DNA of 64,000 nucleotides. Origin: Candidatus Aminicenantaceae bacterium (GTDB lineage: Bacteria; Acidobacteriota; Aminicenantia; Aminicenantales; Aminicenantaceae). Position numbers and translations under genes: made by a program. This document shows positions 27,167-37,323 of this stretch, piece after piece. Location: contig JAZFSR010000121.1 of NCBI GenBank assembly GCA_036446295.1, forward strand, positions 4,427-68,426. Reading direction: 5' to 3'. The notes below the pieces were generated by a model. That model ran no database searches, had not been told where the DNA came from, and saw only the letters and a program-made list of their open reading frames with translations. Every line of letters starts with the position of its first letter. Position 1 is the stretch's first letter.

Positions 27167-29227
27167 TTATAACACACTTTCCGGCAAAGCCAGAGTGAGC
27201 CTTCGTAGAACAGGATTCACAGCCGCCAGCACAACGCTGACACTATCACCCAGTTTGAAAGTTTTTCCTGTTCTTCGGTTGACCATTTGATTTTCCTTCT
27301 TACGAAAGACAAACCCGCCGCCCAGATCATCGAAAGGGACAAGGCCGGACACAAAATAGTCCTCCAATTCGACAAACAGTCCCGCCCGAGATATACGAAT
27401 CACAATCCCCTCCAATTCATCTCCCAGCTTGCCCTTCAGGAAACGGAGGATCCTCCACGTCACCAGATCCTTTTCCGCCTCCTCCGCATTCCTCTCTAAC
27501 TCAGAACAATGCCGTGCCGCAGAATTCAGAGCCGGAAGACGGAGGGTTTTTTTCTTAAGAGCACTTTTGAGGAGCCGGTGAACGAGCAGGTCTGGATAAC
27601 GCCTGATCGGAGAAGTAAAGTGCGTGTAGATTGTCTTGGCCAAACCATAGTGCCCTTTATTCTCCGTGGAATAGACAGCACGGGTCAGACTTTTTAAGAC
27701 CTGGATGCTGAGAAATTTTCCTCCTACCCTTCCGGCGGTTTGCTCCAGCACCCGCTGTAGATCTTTCGACCGGATTCTTTTATCCTGGGGAAGAAATATC
27801 TGAAAAAACTCCAAAATCTCCCGCAGCTTGGCCAGGGCATCCTTTGAAGGCGGGGGATGAACCCGAAAGATCAGCTCGATTTCCTTTTCAGCAAGGAACC
27901 GGGCCACGGCTTCGTTGGCCAAAATCATGATTTCTTCGATAACCCGGTGAGCCTCGTTGCGGGGAAAAAATGAAACGGATTGAAGGATTCCCTCTTTATA
28001 GACAAGTTCAGGTTCCAAGGCAAGATCAAAATCCAGGCTTCCTTCCCGCACACGGTTTTTCCGGAAACGTTCAGCCAGCTCCTGCAAAAGAAGAAGATCG
28101 GGAACAAGGGCCTCATATTTTTTCCTCTCCTCTTTGTCCCCCGAAAATATTTTAAAAACCGAGTCATAGGTCAATCTCTCCTCGGTGTGGATCACAGACT
28201 GACAAAATTCCGAGCTAACCACTTGTCCGTCCGCATCAACCGTGAGGAGAACGGACATTGTCAGCTTGTCTTCTCTGGGACGCAGACTGCAGATCTCATT
28301 GGCAATTTTTTCCGGAAACATGGGAAGGGTTAGGTCGGGAAAATAGACACTTGTTCCCCGGTCAAACGCCTCTTCATCCAATGCGGAGCCGGGATGGACA
28401 TAAAAAGAGACGTCCGCAATGTGAACGCCCAGCAGCATTTGTCCTCGGGGAAGCTTTCGGACACTTACGGCATCATCAAAGTCCTGGGCCTTTTCTCCGT
28501 CTATAGTCACGGTCCGCCAGCTTCGATAATCGACCCTGTCACGAATCTCTTTTTCCGGAATTTCAGCACTAATCCCTTCACCTTCTTCTGCGGCCAAGTC
28601 TGGAAAAGAGTCCTTTAAATTATGGTTCCGTATCACTACCTGAGTGTCCACCCCCAAGTCATCGGGAAAACCGAGAACTTCTTTCAGCATGTTCGAGTCC
28701 CTCTCGACAACAACGATTGTCCCCTTGAGAAGAGAAAAACCTGCGGTCCCCTTGAGTGGAAAATCCTCGGAAAGCGGAGAGTCCAGATTTTGGAAAAAGG
28801 GCTGTCCATAGCGTTCCCTATAGATGCCGTGGACAGATGTTCTTTTCTTTTCAATGATACGAAGGACTCTTCCTTCGGGTTTTCCTTTCCGCCCAAACTC
28901 CACAACGGACACCTCAACAACATCCCCCAAAATGGCCCCTCCGATTTGCCGGGCATGAATATAGATGTCATCCAAGCCCTCCTCATCAGGTCGGATAAAT
29001 CCGAATCCACGCTGACTCGTGACAAATGTTCCCCGAATAATATTTGATCTCTGACGGAAAAAATATCTTTTTTTAAGAAGAAGGATCACTCCCTGATCCT
29101 GAAGTTTTTGGAGATCCTTTGTCAGGATCTTTTTTTCTTTGGGAGAGAGATAAAGTTTACTCGCTAATTTCACATAGCTCATTCCCTGTTTGTTTTTTTT
29201 CAAGAGGGAAATAATCCGAGAGATCAT
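27167..29227 (-). CDS. rnr: Ribonuclease R
   Basis: 686 aa with an N-terminal HTH/cold-shock region, an RNB catalytic domain and a C-terminal S1 domain. Confidence 0.92.
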   Translation of the reverse strand: MISRIISLLKKNKQGMSYVKLASKLYLSPKEKKILTKDLQKLQDQGVILLLKKRYFFRQRSNIIRGTFVTSQRGFGFIRPDEEGLDDIYIHARQIGGAILGDVVEVSVVEFGRKGKPEGRVLRIIEKKRTSVHGIYRERYGQPFFQNLDSPLSEDFPLKGTAGFSLLKGTIVVVERDSNMLKEVLGFPDDLGVDTQVVIRNHNLKDSFPDLAAEEGEGISAEIPEKEIRDRVDYRSWRTVTIDGEKAQDFDDAVSVRKLPRGQMLLGVHIADVSFYVHPGSALDEEAFDRGTSVYFPDLTLPMFPEKIANEICSLRPREDKLTMSVLLTVDADGQVVSSEFCQSVIHTEERLTYDSVFKIFSGDKEERKKYEALVPDLLLLQELAERFRKNRVREGSLDFDLALEPELVYKEGILQSVSFFPRNEAHRVIEEIMILANEAVARFLAEKEIELIFRVHPPPSKDALAKLREILEFFQIFLPQDKRIRSKDLQRVLEQTAGRVGGKFLSIQVLKSLTRAVYSTENKGHYGLAKTIYTHFTSPIRRYPDLLVHRLLKSALKKKTLRLPALNSAARHCSELERNAEEAEKDLVTWRILRFLKGKLGDELEGIVIRISRAGLFVELEDYFVSGLVPFDDLGGGFVFRKKENQMVNRRTGKTFKLGDSVSVVLAAVNPVLRRLTLALPESVL

Positions 29228-29235
29228 TGGCCCGC

Positions 29236-29868
29236 TCAGTACAAAAAGGGAACCACATGGGGGATTTTGTACTTGCCCCGCATGAGCTTAATCAAGATAA
29301 CATGAAATATTCTCTGAAACTCTTCACGCCCAGTATCCGGAAAAGCGTCCACTGCTTCCTTTTTGGCCTCCTCTTTATCTTCAGAAGAAGAGAGGGAAAC
29401 CAGAAGTCCTTCGATGTCTTCCTCGGCCCTCTCGAGATCTTCTTCCGAGCAGTCCGGTAAAATCTCCTTCACTCGTCCATATGGCGCCTCAAGCCACTTG
29501 ACCTGCAGGGGAACTTCTTCTAAAAATTGGGCCACTGCCGCACAAATTTCCTTCTTTTTATCTTTCTTTACAGCCGGAGTACTCTTCCGGCCAACCGTTC
29601 TTTCCTTATACAGAGAAAAGGCTTCTTTCACATTGCGCTCGCAGTAAGACAGCGACCTGATCCTTCTCCTCGGGCCTGCCCCTCCATGCTTTTGACTCCG
29701 GTTCGAAAAAGACGCATTGATGCCTTCGAGCACAATGCGGAGGGGAATCCCGGCGGCTTCCCATTTTTCTACAAGAGACAGTTCGTTGGAGGACAGGAAA
29801 AATGGCGCCCCCCTGAGATCAAAATATTTTCGTGCTATCGTTTGGAAGTAAAAGCTCTGGTCGTCCAT
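29236..29868 (-). CDS. Hypothetical protein (acidic, K/E-rich C-terminus)
   Basis: ORF of 236 aa in the track. The internal Met at 29868 avoids a 59-nt overlap with coaX. No family recognised. Confidence 0.45.
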   Translation of the reverse strand: MDDQSFYFQTIARKYFDLRGAPFFLSSNELSLVEKWEAAGIPLRIVLEGINASFSNRSQKHGGAGPRRRIRSLSYCERNVKEAFSLYKERTVGRKSTPAVKKDKKKEICAAVAQFLEEVPLQVKWLEAPYGRVKEILPDCSEEDLERAEEDIEGLLVSLSSSEDKEEAKKEAVDAFPDTGREEFQRIFHVILIKLMRGKYKIPHVVPFLY

Positions 29869-29887
29869 TATTTTCCCGGAAAATCCC

Positions 29888-30655
29888 TCAAGAAGTGTTT
29901 CTTTCGTGAATGATGCGGAGTCCCTCCAGAACGAGATGGCGTTCATAGATATCGATCTGATCTATTTTTTCAAATATAAGGGAGGCAAACCCTCCCGTCG
30001 CAATAACTTTGGCCTGACTCCCCAGCTCATTCTTAAATTTGTTTATAATGTTGGTCACCAAGCCGATGTAACCAAAATAAAGACCACTTTGCATGCTGGA
30101 TACCGTCGTCCGTCCAATGGCTTTTTTTGGAATTTTGATTTCAATCCGAGGTAGTTTGGCTGTTTTCATAGACAGGGCTTCGGCGGCAATCTGAATTCCC
30201 GGAGCAATGGCACCTCCAAGGTATTCTCCTTCCGCGGAGATGGCATCAAATGTCGTGGCTGTCCCAAAATCAACTACAATCGCAGGCCCTCCGTATTTTG
30301 AGAACGCCGCCACGGAAGAGACAATTCTGTCTGCCCCGACTTCAAGCGGGTTTTCATACAGAATGGGCATTCCTGTTTTTAATCCCGGTCCCACAACTAA
30401 GGGTTTGATGTTGAATTGATTCTGGCTCAGCTCCTGGAAAACAGGAGTCAGGGGCGGGACAACGCTGGAGATGATCACATCGCGGATCTCTTCGACAGCC
30501 ACTCCAGACAAGGCAAACAGCTGAAGCAGAGTCACCGCATACTCATCACATGTTTTATCTCTCCCAGATTGGATGTTCCAGTGTTGAGTAAGGGTTTCTC
30601 CCTGGAAAACGCCAATGACAATATTTGTGTTCCCAAGATCTAGGGCTAGAAGCAT
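29888..30655 (-). CDS. coaX: Type III pantothenate kinase
   Basis: 255 aa, MLLALDLGNTNIVIGVF… and a GTATTFD… acetate/sugar-kinase fold typical of CoaX. Confidence 0.9.
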   Translation of the reverse strand: MLLALDLGNTNIVIGVFQGETLTQHWNIQSGRDKTCDEYAVTLLQLFALSGVAVEEIRDVIISSVVPPLTPVFQELSQNQFNIKPLVVGPGLKTGMPILYENPLEVGADRIVSSVAAFSKYGGPAIVVDFGTATTFDAISAEGEYLGGAIAPGIQIAAEALSMKTAKLPRIEIKIPKKAIGRTTVSSMQSGLYFGYIGLVTNIINKFKNELGSQAKVIATGGFASLIFEKIDQIDIYERHLVLEGLRIIHERNTS

Positions 30656-30656
30656 A

Positions 30657-31412
30657 TCAATTCTCCTTTGCCTCTCGAAGTGATTTTATGTCCACAGAAA
30701 CGTATGTGTTTATTCCTTCCCGGGTCTCCAGGATGACTCCCCCCTGTCTGTCAATTCCCCTAAAATATCCCGACACCGGTCCTTTAACAGTAAGAGCCAC
30801 GAGCTTCTGGCCGGGGGAATAACACGAAGACTCCATGAAGGATGATATAATAAAGTCCGTCTTTTTTTGCATAAAAAAATCATACCAGATTTCGAGCGTT
30901 TTCCATAAGTTTAGGAGAAACAACTCTCTGTTGAGATCTTTGTGCTTTATCTGCTTTAAAGAGATAGCGGTCTCCCTGATGCTTTCCGGGAAGTCCTCTT
31001 CACTTTGGTTTATATTTATGCCGATGCCGACAACAACATGGTTGAGCTGGTTTCCAATAAAACTGCTCTCGCTGAGGATCCCGCCTAGTTTTTTTCCCTC
31101 CCAGAGAAGATCGTTGGGCCATTTGAGACAAACTCTCACTCCCCAAACATTCCATAGGGCCTCGGCTACAGCCAGTCCCACAGTCAGCGTAAGGAGGGAT
31201 ATTTCAGGCTGTAGAGGGTGGAGAAGGACAGAGAGATAGAGGCCTTTTCCACAGGGAGAATGCCACAAGCGCCGAGATCTCCCCTTACCCAGAGTCTGCT
31301 CCTCCGCGATGACGACAGTCCCTTCGGGCGCTCCTTTAACGGCCATGTCTTTGACGACATCGTTTGTTGATGTGCATCTCTGTAGATAATGGATTTGATC
31401 TCCGATTTTCAT
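30657..31412 (-). CDS. birA: Biotin--[acetyl-CoA-carboxylase] ligase (no N-terminal HTH)
   Basis: 251 aa with a GKGRSRRLWHSP biotin-binding loop and a BPL catalytic core. Confidence 0.88.
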   Translation of the reverse strand: MKIGDQIHYLQRCTSTNDVVKDMAVKGAPEGTVVIAEEQTLGKGRSRRLWHSPCGKGLYLSVLLHPLQPEISLLTLTVGLAVAEALWNVWGVRVCLKWPNDLLWEGKKLGGILSESSFIGNQLNHVVVGIGININQSEEDFPESIRETAISLKQIKHKDLNRELFLLNLWKTLEIWYDFFMQKKTDFIISSFMESSCYSPGQKLVALTVKGPVSGYFRGIDRQGGVILETREGINTYVSVDIKSLREAKEN

Positions 31413-31437
31413 TCCCCATGTTCTCCCTATTGAATGG

Positions 31438-31944
31438 CTATTCGTCCTTCTTTATGCCCTCGAGAACGTATGCTTTCAGGTGTTCAGCAATCAGGCTTTT
31501 TATCTTGTCCTCCAATTCCGCACCGCCTGAACGATCCTCAGCCGGCACCGGTTCCTCCGGAAGCGTTTGAGGATCAAAATCGCTTCCTGCCGCATCTCGG
31601 ACTTTTCGGACCAGGCTTATTGAATCGAACGGTTCCTCTATGAGTTCCCGGTATTCCAGCCCGTCTATCCTCTCCTCATCGACACTCTCAAATGCCCCCT
31701 TGAGGAGAAAAGTCGGAACAGTCTTGAATCGCTCCTGGTGGTTGAGAAAACGACAGACATCATATCCATCCTTGGAATCAAGAAACAGGTTCAAAAGAAT
31801 AACATCGGGCTGAAAGGTCTCCAACTCCGTGAGCATCTCTTGGCCATCTGAAAAAAAGGAAATTTCGAATTCTGTCTCAGGAAATGCCGCCCGGACAGCC
31901 ATAATAACTGAAGGGGTGCAGTCTGCAAGTATCACTTTAATCAT
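31438..31944 (-). CDS. Atypical (pseudo-)receiver domain protein
   Basis: 168 aa with a CheY-like fold pattern. The phospho-acceptor position reads N (DVILLNLFLDSKDG) and the conserved Lys reads E (…EEPF…). Confidence 0.65.
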   Translation of the reverse strand: MIKVILADCTPSVIMAVRAAFPETEFEISFFSDGQEMLTELETFQPDVILLNLFLDSKDGYDVCRFLNHQERFKTVPTFLLKGAFESVDEERIDGLEYRELIEEPFDSISLVRKVRDAAGSDFDPQTLPEEPVPAEDRSGGAELEDKIKSLIAEHLKAYVLEGIKKDE

Positions 31945-31953
31945 GTTAAGCCT

Positions 31954-32096
31954 GAATTATTCATAAAAACTACCAACACCTTCATTTAACTTAAACAATT
32001 TCGACTTGATAGCATTGTATTTAACAATATCCGAGAACATTACTTTGTTTGTCAGATTATATCTATTAAATGTCGTCATTTTTTACCCCAAGAGGG
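31954..32096 (-). promoter_or_regulatory. Conserved 143-nt upstream leader (repeat B copy 2) with TTGGGG-17-TAATAG promoter-like element
   Basis: Homologous to 17201-17343, in the same position relative to the receiver-domain gene start (31944). Confidence 0.5.
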
Positions 32097-32210
32097 CGAA
32101 CCGATCTTACCACATCTGCTTCGTTACAACCAATTCGCGGTGGAAAACCACAGCTTCATTGGCCGTAGCCTCGCATTTGTAGCAACCTCGGATCGTGAAT
32201 AATCCAGGGA

Positions 32211-35200
32211 TTAGTACTCAATCAAAACAGAGTCTTCTCCTAAAAGGGCTTCGACGTTCCTGGTAAACTCCTCGGAAGGCTTGACACTCTGGGCTTCGAT
32301 GGACTGCACCACCATCCGGTAGGAATGCGGGGTCTGAAGATCAAACAAAATAGGACATTTTCCCTGGTGTTTTTCCAAGATAGTTTTGAGTTCTTCAAAG
32401 ATAGTCTCCTCTAATCCCGGAAGAAATATCTTCAGGACAACTCTTCTCGCAAGTTTTTCAAAGGCCTCGATCAGTGGGGTGATCCGCGAGAGATGAATCC
32501 TCCGTCCTTCCCCCTCACCCAAAAACTTACCTTTTACCAGGACCATAAGATCTTCCCGAAGATGTTCATAGAATTTCTGGAAATTATCCGGAAAGACAAC
32601 CACCTCGATCCGCCCGGTCAGATCCTCGAGCATAAACGTTGCCATACGCTCGTCTTTTTTTGTCTTGAGCGGCTTGATGGAGGCGATGATGCCTGCCAGC
32701 CGAATCTCGCTGTTAAAATCATTGTTCTCATCCACCTCTCCTATGAAATGAGAAGTCAAGCGTTTCAAACTTTTCCCAAACTGTGCCAGAGGGTGACCGG
32801 TGACGTAAAAACCCAGAGCATCTTTTTCATAGGACAGCAGCAGAGGTTCATCCCACTCTCTCATCCCTCTAATCTCTGCGGAAACCTCCGGAGGATCGTC
32901 CTGCCCCTGGCTAAAGAGAGAGGACTGCTTCGAGGCCTTCATTTTTTGCAGTTCATGGGCATAGCCGATCATCCTGTCCACAAGATGGAAGAGCTGCGAT
33001 CTTTTCCATCCCAGAGAATCCAGAGATCCGGACTTGATCAGACTTTCGATCACCTTGCGGTTCACCGCCTTGGAATCCACATCTTCAAATAGATCAAAGG
33101 GAGAAGAAAACATACCCCTCTTCTTTCTGGATTTAAGAATGGCCTGAATAGCTCCTTCCCCCACATTCTTCACTGCCGAAAGTCCGAACCGGATGTTGCC
33201 CTCGGACTCGGTGAAGTTGAAATCACTGGCATTGATGTCAAGCGGTAGAAGTTCGATCCCCATCTCTTTGCACTCATTGATATACTTGACCAACTGAGAG
33301 GTCGCGCCTCTCTCCGCTTCTGATGTCAGGAGGGAGGCTAAAAAATACACAGGATAGTGCGCTTTCAGATAGGCCGTCCTGTAGGCCAAACAGGCATAGG
33401 CTGCGCTGTGAGATTTATTGAAACCATATCCTGCAAAGTAATTGATTTGTTCGAAAATTTTGGTGGCTTTGGAATGACTCACGCCTTTCTCTTTGGCCCC
33501 ATGAATAAACCGCTGCTTCTGGGCCTTCATGACCGATGTTTTTTTCTTCCCCATCGCCTTGCGCAGAATATCGGCCTCGGCCATTGAAAATCCTGCAAGA
33601 TTTGTTGCAATCTGCATCACCTGTTCCTGATAGACGATAACGCCTTTTGTTTCTTTGAGAATAGGTTCGAGTTCCGGCGATTCATATTTGATGCGATCCG
33701 GGTGGTGTTTGCATTTTACAAATTCATCGGTCATCCCGCTTTTTAAAGGGCCCGGACGGTAAAGCGCATTCATAGCGATCAGGTCCCGAAAATTTTCCGG
33801 AATATATTTCCTTAAAAGATCCTTCATCCCCGGACTTTCAAACTGGAAGACCCCGTCCGTATTTCCGGTCTGGAAAAGGGAAAACGTTTTTTCGTCATCC
33901 AGAGGGATTTCATCGAGGCAAAGCGTTTCGCCGGTTTTCTTTTTGATGATCTCAACCGTATCTTTTATGACGGTCAGGTTGCGCAAGCCCAGCAAATCCA
34001 TTTTGAGAAGACCGATAGCTTCGATGTCTCCCATGGGAAACTGTGTTGTGATTTCACCTTTGGTTGACTGGTAGATGGGCATGAACTCCACAATTGGGGT
34101 CGGCGTGATGACGATTCCGGCGGCATGAATGGAGGGATGGCGGACCTGTCCTTCCAGCTTTACTGCATTGGCCAAAAGATTGGCGATTTTTACGTTTTGA
34201 TCTCTCAGCTCTTTCAGGGGTTTGATAGTTTTCAGGGCCCGCTCGATCGATGCATCAGGGCCCACAGGAGGAATCATTTTGGCAATCTTGTCCACCTCCG
34301 GCAGAGGGACTTCCAGTGCGCGGCCCACATCCCGGACGGCTCCACGCGCCGCCATGGTTCCAAATGTGATAATTTGACAGACGTTATCCCGGCCGTATTT
34401 ATTCTTTACATAGGAAAGGATTTCATCCCGCCGTCGAGCACAAAAGTCGATATCGATGTCGGGCAAACTGATCCGCTCCGGATTGAGGAACCGCTCGAAG
34501 ATGAGACCGTACTCTATGGGATCTATATCCGTTATACCCAGGCTGTAAGCAAGGAGGCTTCCTGCTGCAGACCCTCTTCCCGGACCTACAGGAATATCCT
34601 TTATTTTGGCTTCCCGGATGAGATCCCAGACGATCATGAAGTAGCCCTCAAATCCCATCTGTTTTACCAGCCGGACTTCCCGATCAAAACGCTTTGTATA
34701 CACTTCCCGGTCTGGAAGTTCTGCCTTATCCCGGGACTCCACAATTGCCTGCATCCGCTTTTCAAATCCCTCCCTGGCTATGCGCTCAAAATACTCATCC
34801 AAATCAATCCCTTTGGGAGGCGTAAACTGGGGCAGGGAATACCCGGAGCCTGTACTTGAGTGAAATTCAAAATTGCACTGGGAGGCAATTTTGGTGGAAT
34901 TGTCGACGGCATCAGGAACATCTGCAAACAGCTCCATCATCTCATCCCCGGATTTGAAGTAGAACTCATGCGAATCGAATCTGATTCGCTCCTGATCTGT
35001 CACTTTCTTGTTTGTCTGGACACAGAGAAGAATATCATGGCTTTCCCAGTCCTCTTTTTGGCGGTAATGAACATCATTTGTCGCGATCAGAGGAAGATTG
35101 AGCTTCCGGGCCAGACGGATGAGAAGGGGATTGATCTTTTTCTGGAGTTCCAAGTCATGGTCCTGAATTTCTATATAAAAATCCCCCTCTTGAAAAAAGG

Positions 35201-35708
35201 AAGCATATTCAAGCGCAGCTTCCTCTGCTTTGTCCTCAAGTCCCAATCTCAGATAATGACTGATTTCTCCATTGAGACACCCTGAAAGGGCAATAAAGCC
35301 CTCCCCGTGCCTGGCTAAGAGTTCTTTGTCGACTCTTGGCCTATAGTAGAATCCCTCCCGGTAGCTGTCTGTGATGAGCTGACAAAGATTTCTGTAGCCT
35401 TTGTCGTCCTTGACGAGGAGAACGAGATGAAAGTGCTTCGGGCCCCGGACCTCCGGACTTTTATCAAACCGGCTCTTTGGCGCAACATAAACCTCACAGC
35501 CTAGGATAGGCTTAACTTTCCTCTCCTTTGCTTCCCGGAAAAAACTGACGGCGCCAAAAATGTTTCCGTGATCGGTCAGAGCTACGGCCGGCATGTTGAA
35601 TTCGTATGCGGCATCCACCATAGCCTTTGTCTTCCATGCCCCGTCCAGGATGCTGAATTCGGAATGGTTGTGTAGATGGATAAACGAAGCGCCCATGATC
35701 ATTCCCAC
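32211..35708 (-). CDS. dnaE: DNA polymerase III alpha subunit
   Basis: 1165 aa with an N-terminal PHP domain HLHNHSEFSILDGA, a polymerase core and an OB fold. Confidence 0.95.
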   Translation of the reverse strand: MGMIMGASFIHLHNHSEFSILDGAWKTKAMVDAAYEFNMPAVALTDHGNIFGAVSFFREAKERKVKPILGCEVYVAPKSRFDKSPEVRGPKHFHLVLLVKDDKGYRNLCQLITDSYREGFYYRPRVDKELLARHGEGFIALSGCLNGEISHYLRLGLEDKAEEAALEYASFFQEGDFYIEIQDHDLELQKKINPLLIRLARKLNLPLIATNDVHYRQKEDWESHDILLCVQTNKKVTDQERIRFDSHEFYFKSGDEMMELFADVPDAVDNSTKIASQCNFEFHSSTGSGYSLPQFTPPKGIDLDEYFERIAREGFEKRMQAIVESRDKAELPDREVYTKRFDREVRLVKQMGFEGYFMIVWDLIREAKIKDIPVGPGRGSAAGSLLAYSLGITDIDPIEYGLIFERFLNPERISLPDIDIDFCARRRDEILSYVKNKYGRDNVCQIITFGTMAARGAVRDVGRALEVPLPEVDKIAKMIPPVGPDASIERALKTIKPLKELRDQNVKIANLLANAVKLEGQVRHPSIHAAGIVITPTPIVEFMPIYQSTKGEITTQFPMGDIEAIGLLKMDLLGLRNLTVIKDTVEIIKKKTGETLCLDEIPLDDEKTFSLFQTGNTDGVFQFESPGMKDLLRKYIPENFRDLIAMNALYRPGPLKSGMTDEFVKCKHHPDRIKYESPELEPILKETKGVIVYQEQVMQIATNLAGFSMAEADILRKAMGKKKTSVMKAQKQRFIHGAKEKGVSHSKATKIFEQINYFAGYGFNKSHSAAYACLAYRTAYLKAHYPVYFLASLLTSEAERGATSQLVKYINECKEMGIELLPLDINASDFNFTESEGNIRFGLSAVKNVGEGAIQAILKSRKKRGMFSSPFDLFEDVDSKAVNRKVIESLIKSGSLDSLGWKRSQLFHLVDRMIGYAHELQKMKASKQSSLFSQGQDDPPEVSAEIRGMREWDEPLLLSYEKDALGFYVTGHPLAQFGKSLKRLTSHFIGEVDENNDFNSEIRLAGIIASIKPLKTKKDERMATFMLEDLTGRIEVVVFPDNFQKFYEHLREDLMVLVKGKFLGEGEGRRIHLSRITPLIEAFEKLARRVVLKIFLPGLEETIFEELKTILEKHQGKCPILFDLQTPHSYRMVVQSIEAQSVKPSEEFTRNVEALLGEDSVLIEY

Positions 35709-37231
35709 TCAATGGTTCCGGGAGGCTTGGATGTGATGTCGTACACCACCCGGTTTACACCATTGACTTCGTTGACGATACGGTTGGAGATCTTGGTCAG
35801 GAGAGAAGGTTCCGCCGGATACCAGTTGGCCGTCATCCCGTCCACACTCTGAACAAGCCTGATGACAACAACTCTCTGGTACGTCCTGAGGTCACCCATG
35901 ACTCCTACAGACCGGACAGGGAGCAGGACGGTAAACGCCTGCCACAACTGCTTGTACAGGCCAGATCGTATAATCTCATCAAGAAGAACACTGTCCGCTT
36001 CCCGTAGAATTCTCAGTCTCTCTCGTGTAACTTCCCCCACAATCCTGACGGCCAGCCCCGGGCCGGGAAAAGGATGCTGATGGATAAAGTCCCTGTCTAC
36101 GCCCAGTTCTTCTCCCAGGGCCCGTACTTCATCCTTAAAAAGTTCTCGGAGGGGCTCGATGAGCTTGAATTTCAATCCTTTGGGAAGACCCGCGACATTA
36201 TGGTGAGATTTAATTCTGGATGAAGGGCCTTTGACAGGACTGCTTTCGATAACATCCGGATAAATCGTGCCTTGGGCCAGAAATTGGACATTCCCAATCT
36301 TGGCCGCTTCCCTTTCAAAGATCCGGATGAAGACTTCACCAATGATTTTTCTTTTTCTCTCAGGGGAGATGATTCTCTCAAGCCTTTTGAGGAAGTCCTC
36401 GGTGGCGTCCACTCCGATTACATTTAGGGAGAACTTTTCCCGGAATTTGTCCATAAGGTCCTGGTGCTGTCCCTTCCGAAGCAGCCCATTGTCGACAAAA
36501 ATACACGTGAGATTGTCTCCGACAGCCTTATGGACGATGAGGGAGGTGACCAAAGAATCCACTCCACCACTCAGGCCGCAGATAATCTTTCCATTCTTGA
36601 CCTGTTCGCGGATGATATCGGCTTCCCTTTGGACGAAAGACCCCATCGTCCAATCTGGTTTTAAACCGGCTTGAGAAAAAATGAAATTGGACAGGATCTT
36701 TTTTCCCTGTTTGGTGTGAACAACTTCAGGATGAAACTGAACGCCGAAAATTCTTTTTTTCCTGTTTTCGATCACCGCGGCTTTCGAATTGGACGTCAAT
36801 CCTGTGACGACAAATCCCTCTGGAATCCTGTTGATTTTATCCCCATGACTCATCCAGACCTGGCTGCTCTCCCTTATTCCGGCAAGAAGCCCCTTTCGGT
36901 CTTTAACAGTCAGGGATGCAAATCCGTATTCTCTTTTTGTCGAAGACGCAACCTTCCCGCCCAATACGTGGGCCATGAGCTGCAGGCCGTAGCAGATGCC
37001 AAGCACTGGAATTCCGAGAAAAAATATTCCTTCCGGGATCAGAGGCGCTTTTTCCGAGTACACACTGCTGGGGCCCCCGGACAAGATAATGGCCCCAGGA
37101 TTTTCTTTTTTTATCCGGGAAAGGGAAATATTAAAAGGAACGATTTCAGAGAAAATTCCGAGTTCTCTAACCTTGCGGGCAATGAGTTGAGTGTACTGTG
37201 AGCCAAAATCGAGGACTAAAACCTTATCCAT
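35699..37231 (-). CDS. guaA: GMP synthase (glutamine-hydrolysing)
   Basis: 510 aa with a GATase1 domain (Cys in GICYGLQ), an ATP-PPase SGGVDS motif and a C-terminal dimerisation domain. Confidence 0.95.
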   Translation of the reverse strand: MDKVLVLDFGSQYTQLIARKVRELGIFSEIVPFNISLSRIKKENPGAIILSGGPSSVYSEKAPLIPEGIFFLGIPVLGICYGLQLMAHVLGGKVASSTKREYGFASLTVKDRKGLLAGIRESSQVWMSHGDKINRIPEGFVVTGLTSNSKAAVIENRKKRIFGVQFHPEVVHTKQGKKILSNFIFSQAGLKPDWTMGSFVQREADIIREQVKNGKIICGLSGGVDSLVTSLIVHKAVGDNLTCIFVDNGLLRKGQHQDLMDKFREKFSLNVIGVDATEDFLKRLERIISPERKRKIIGEVFIRIFEREAAKIGNVQFLAQGTIYPDVIESSPVKGPSSRIKSHHNVAGLPKGLKFKLIEPLRELFKDEVRALGEELGVDRDFIHQHPFPGPGLAVRIVGEVTRERLRILREADSVLLDEIIRSGLYKQLWQAFTVLLPVRSVGVMGDLRTYQRVVVIRLVQSVDGMTANWYPAEPSLLTKISNRIVNEVNGVNRVVYDITSKPPGTIEWE

Positions 37232-37323
37232 GTATAGATTTTATCAGAAAATATTTCCTCACGCTAGAAAAAACGTCAAAACATCCTCATTTTCGTGATT
37301 TAGAGAACTAGTTTTCCATGAAC

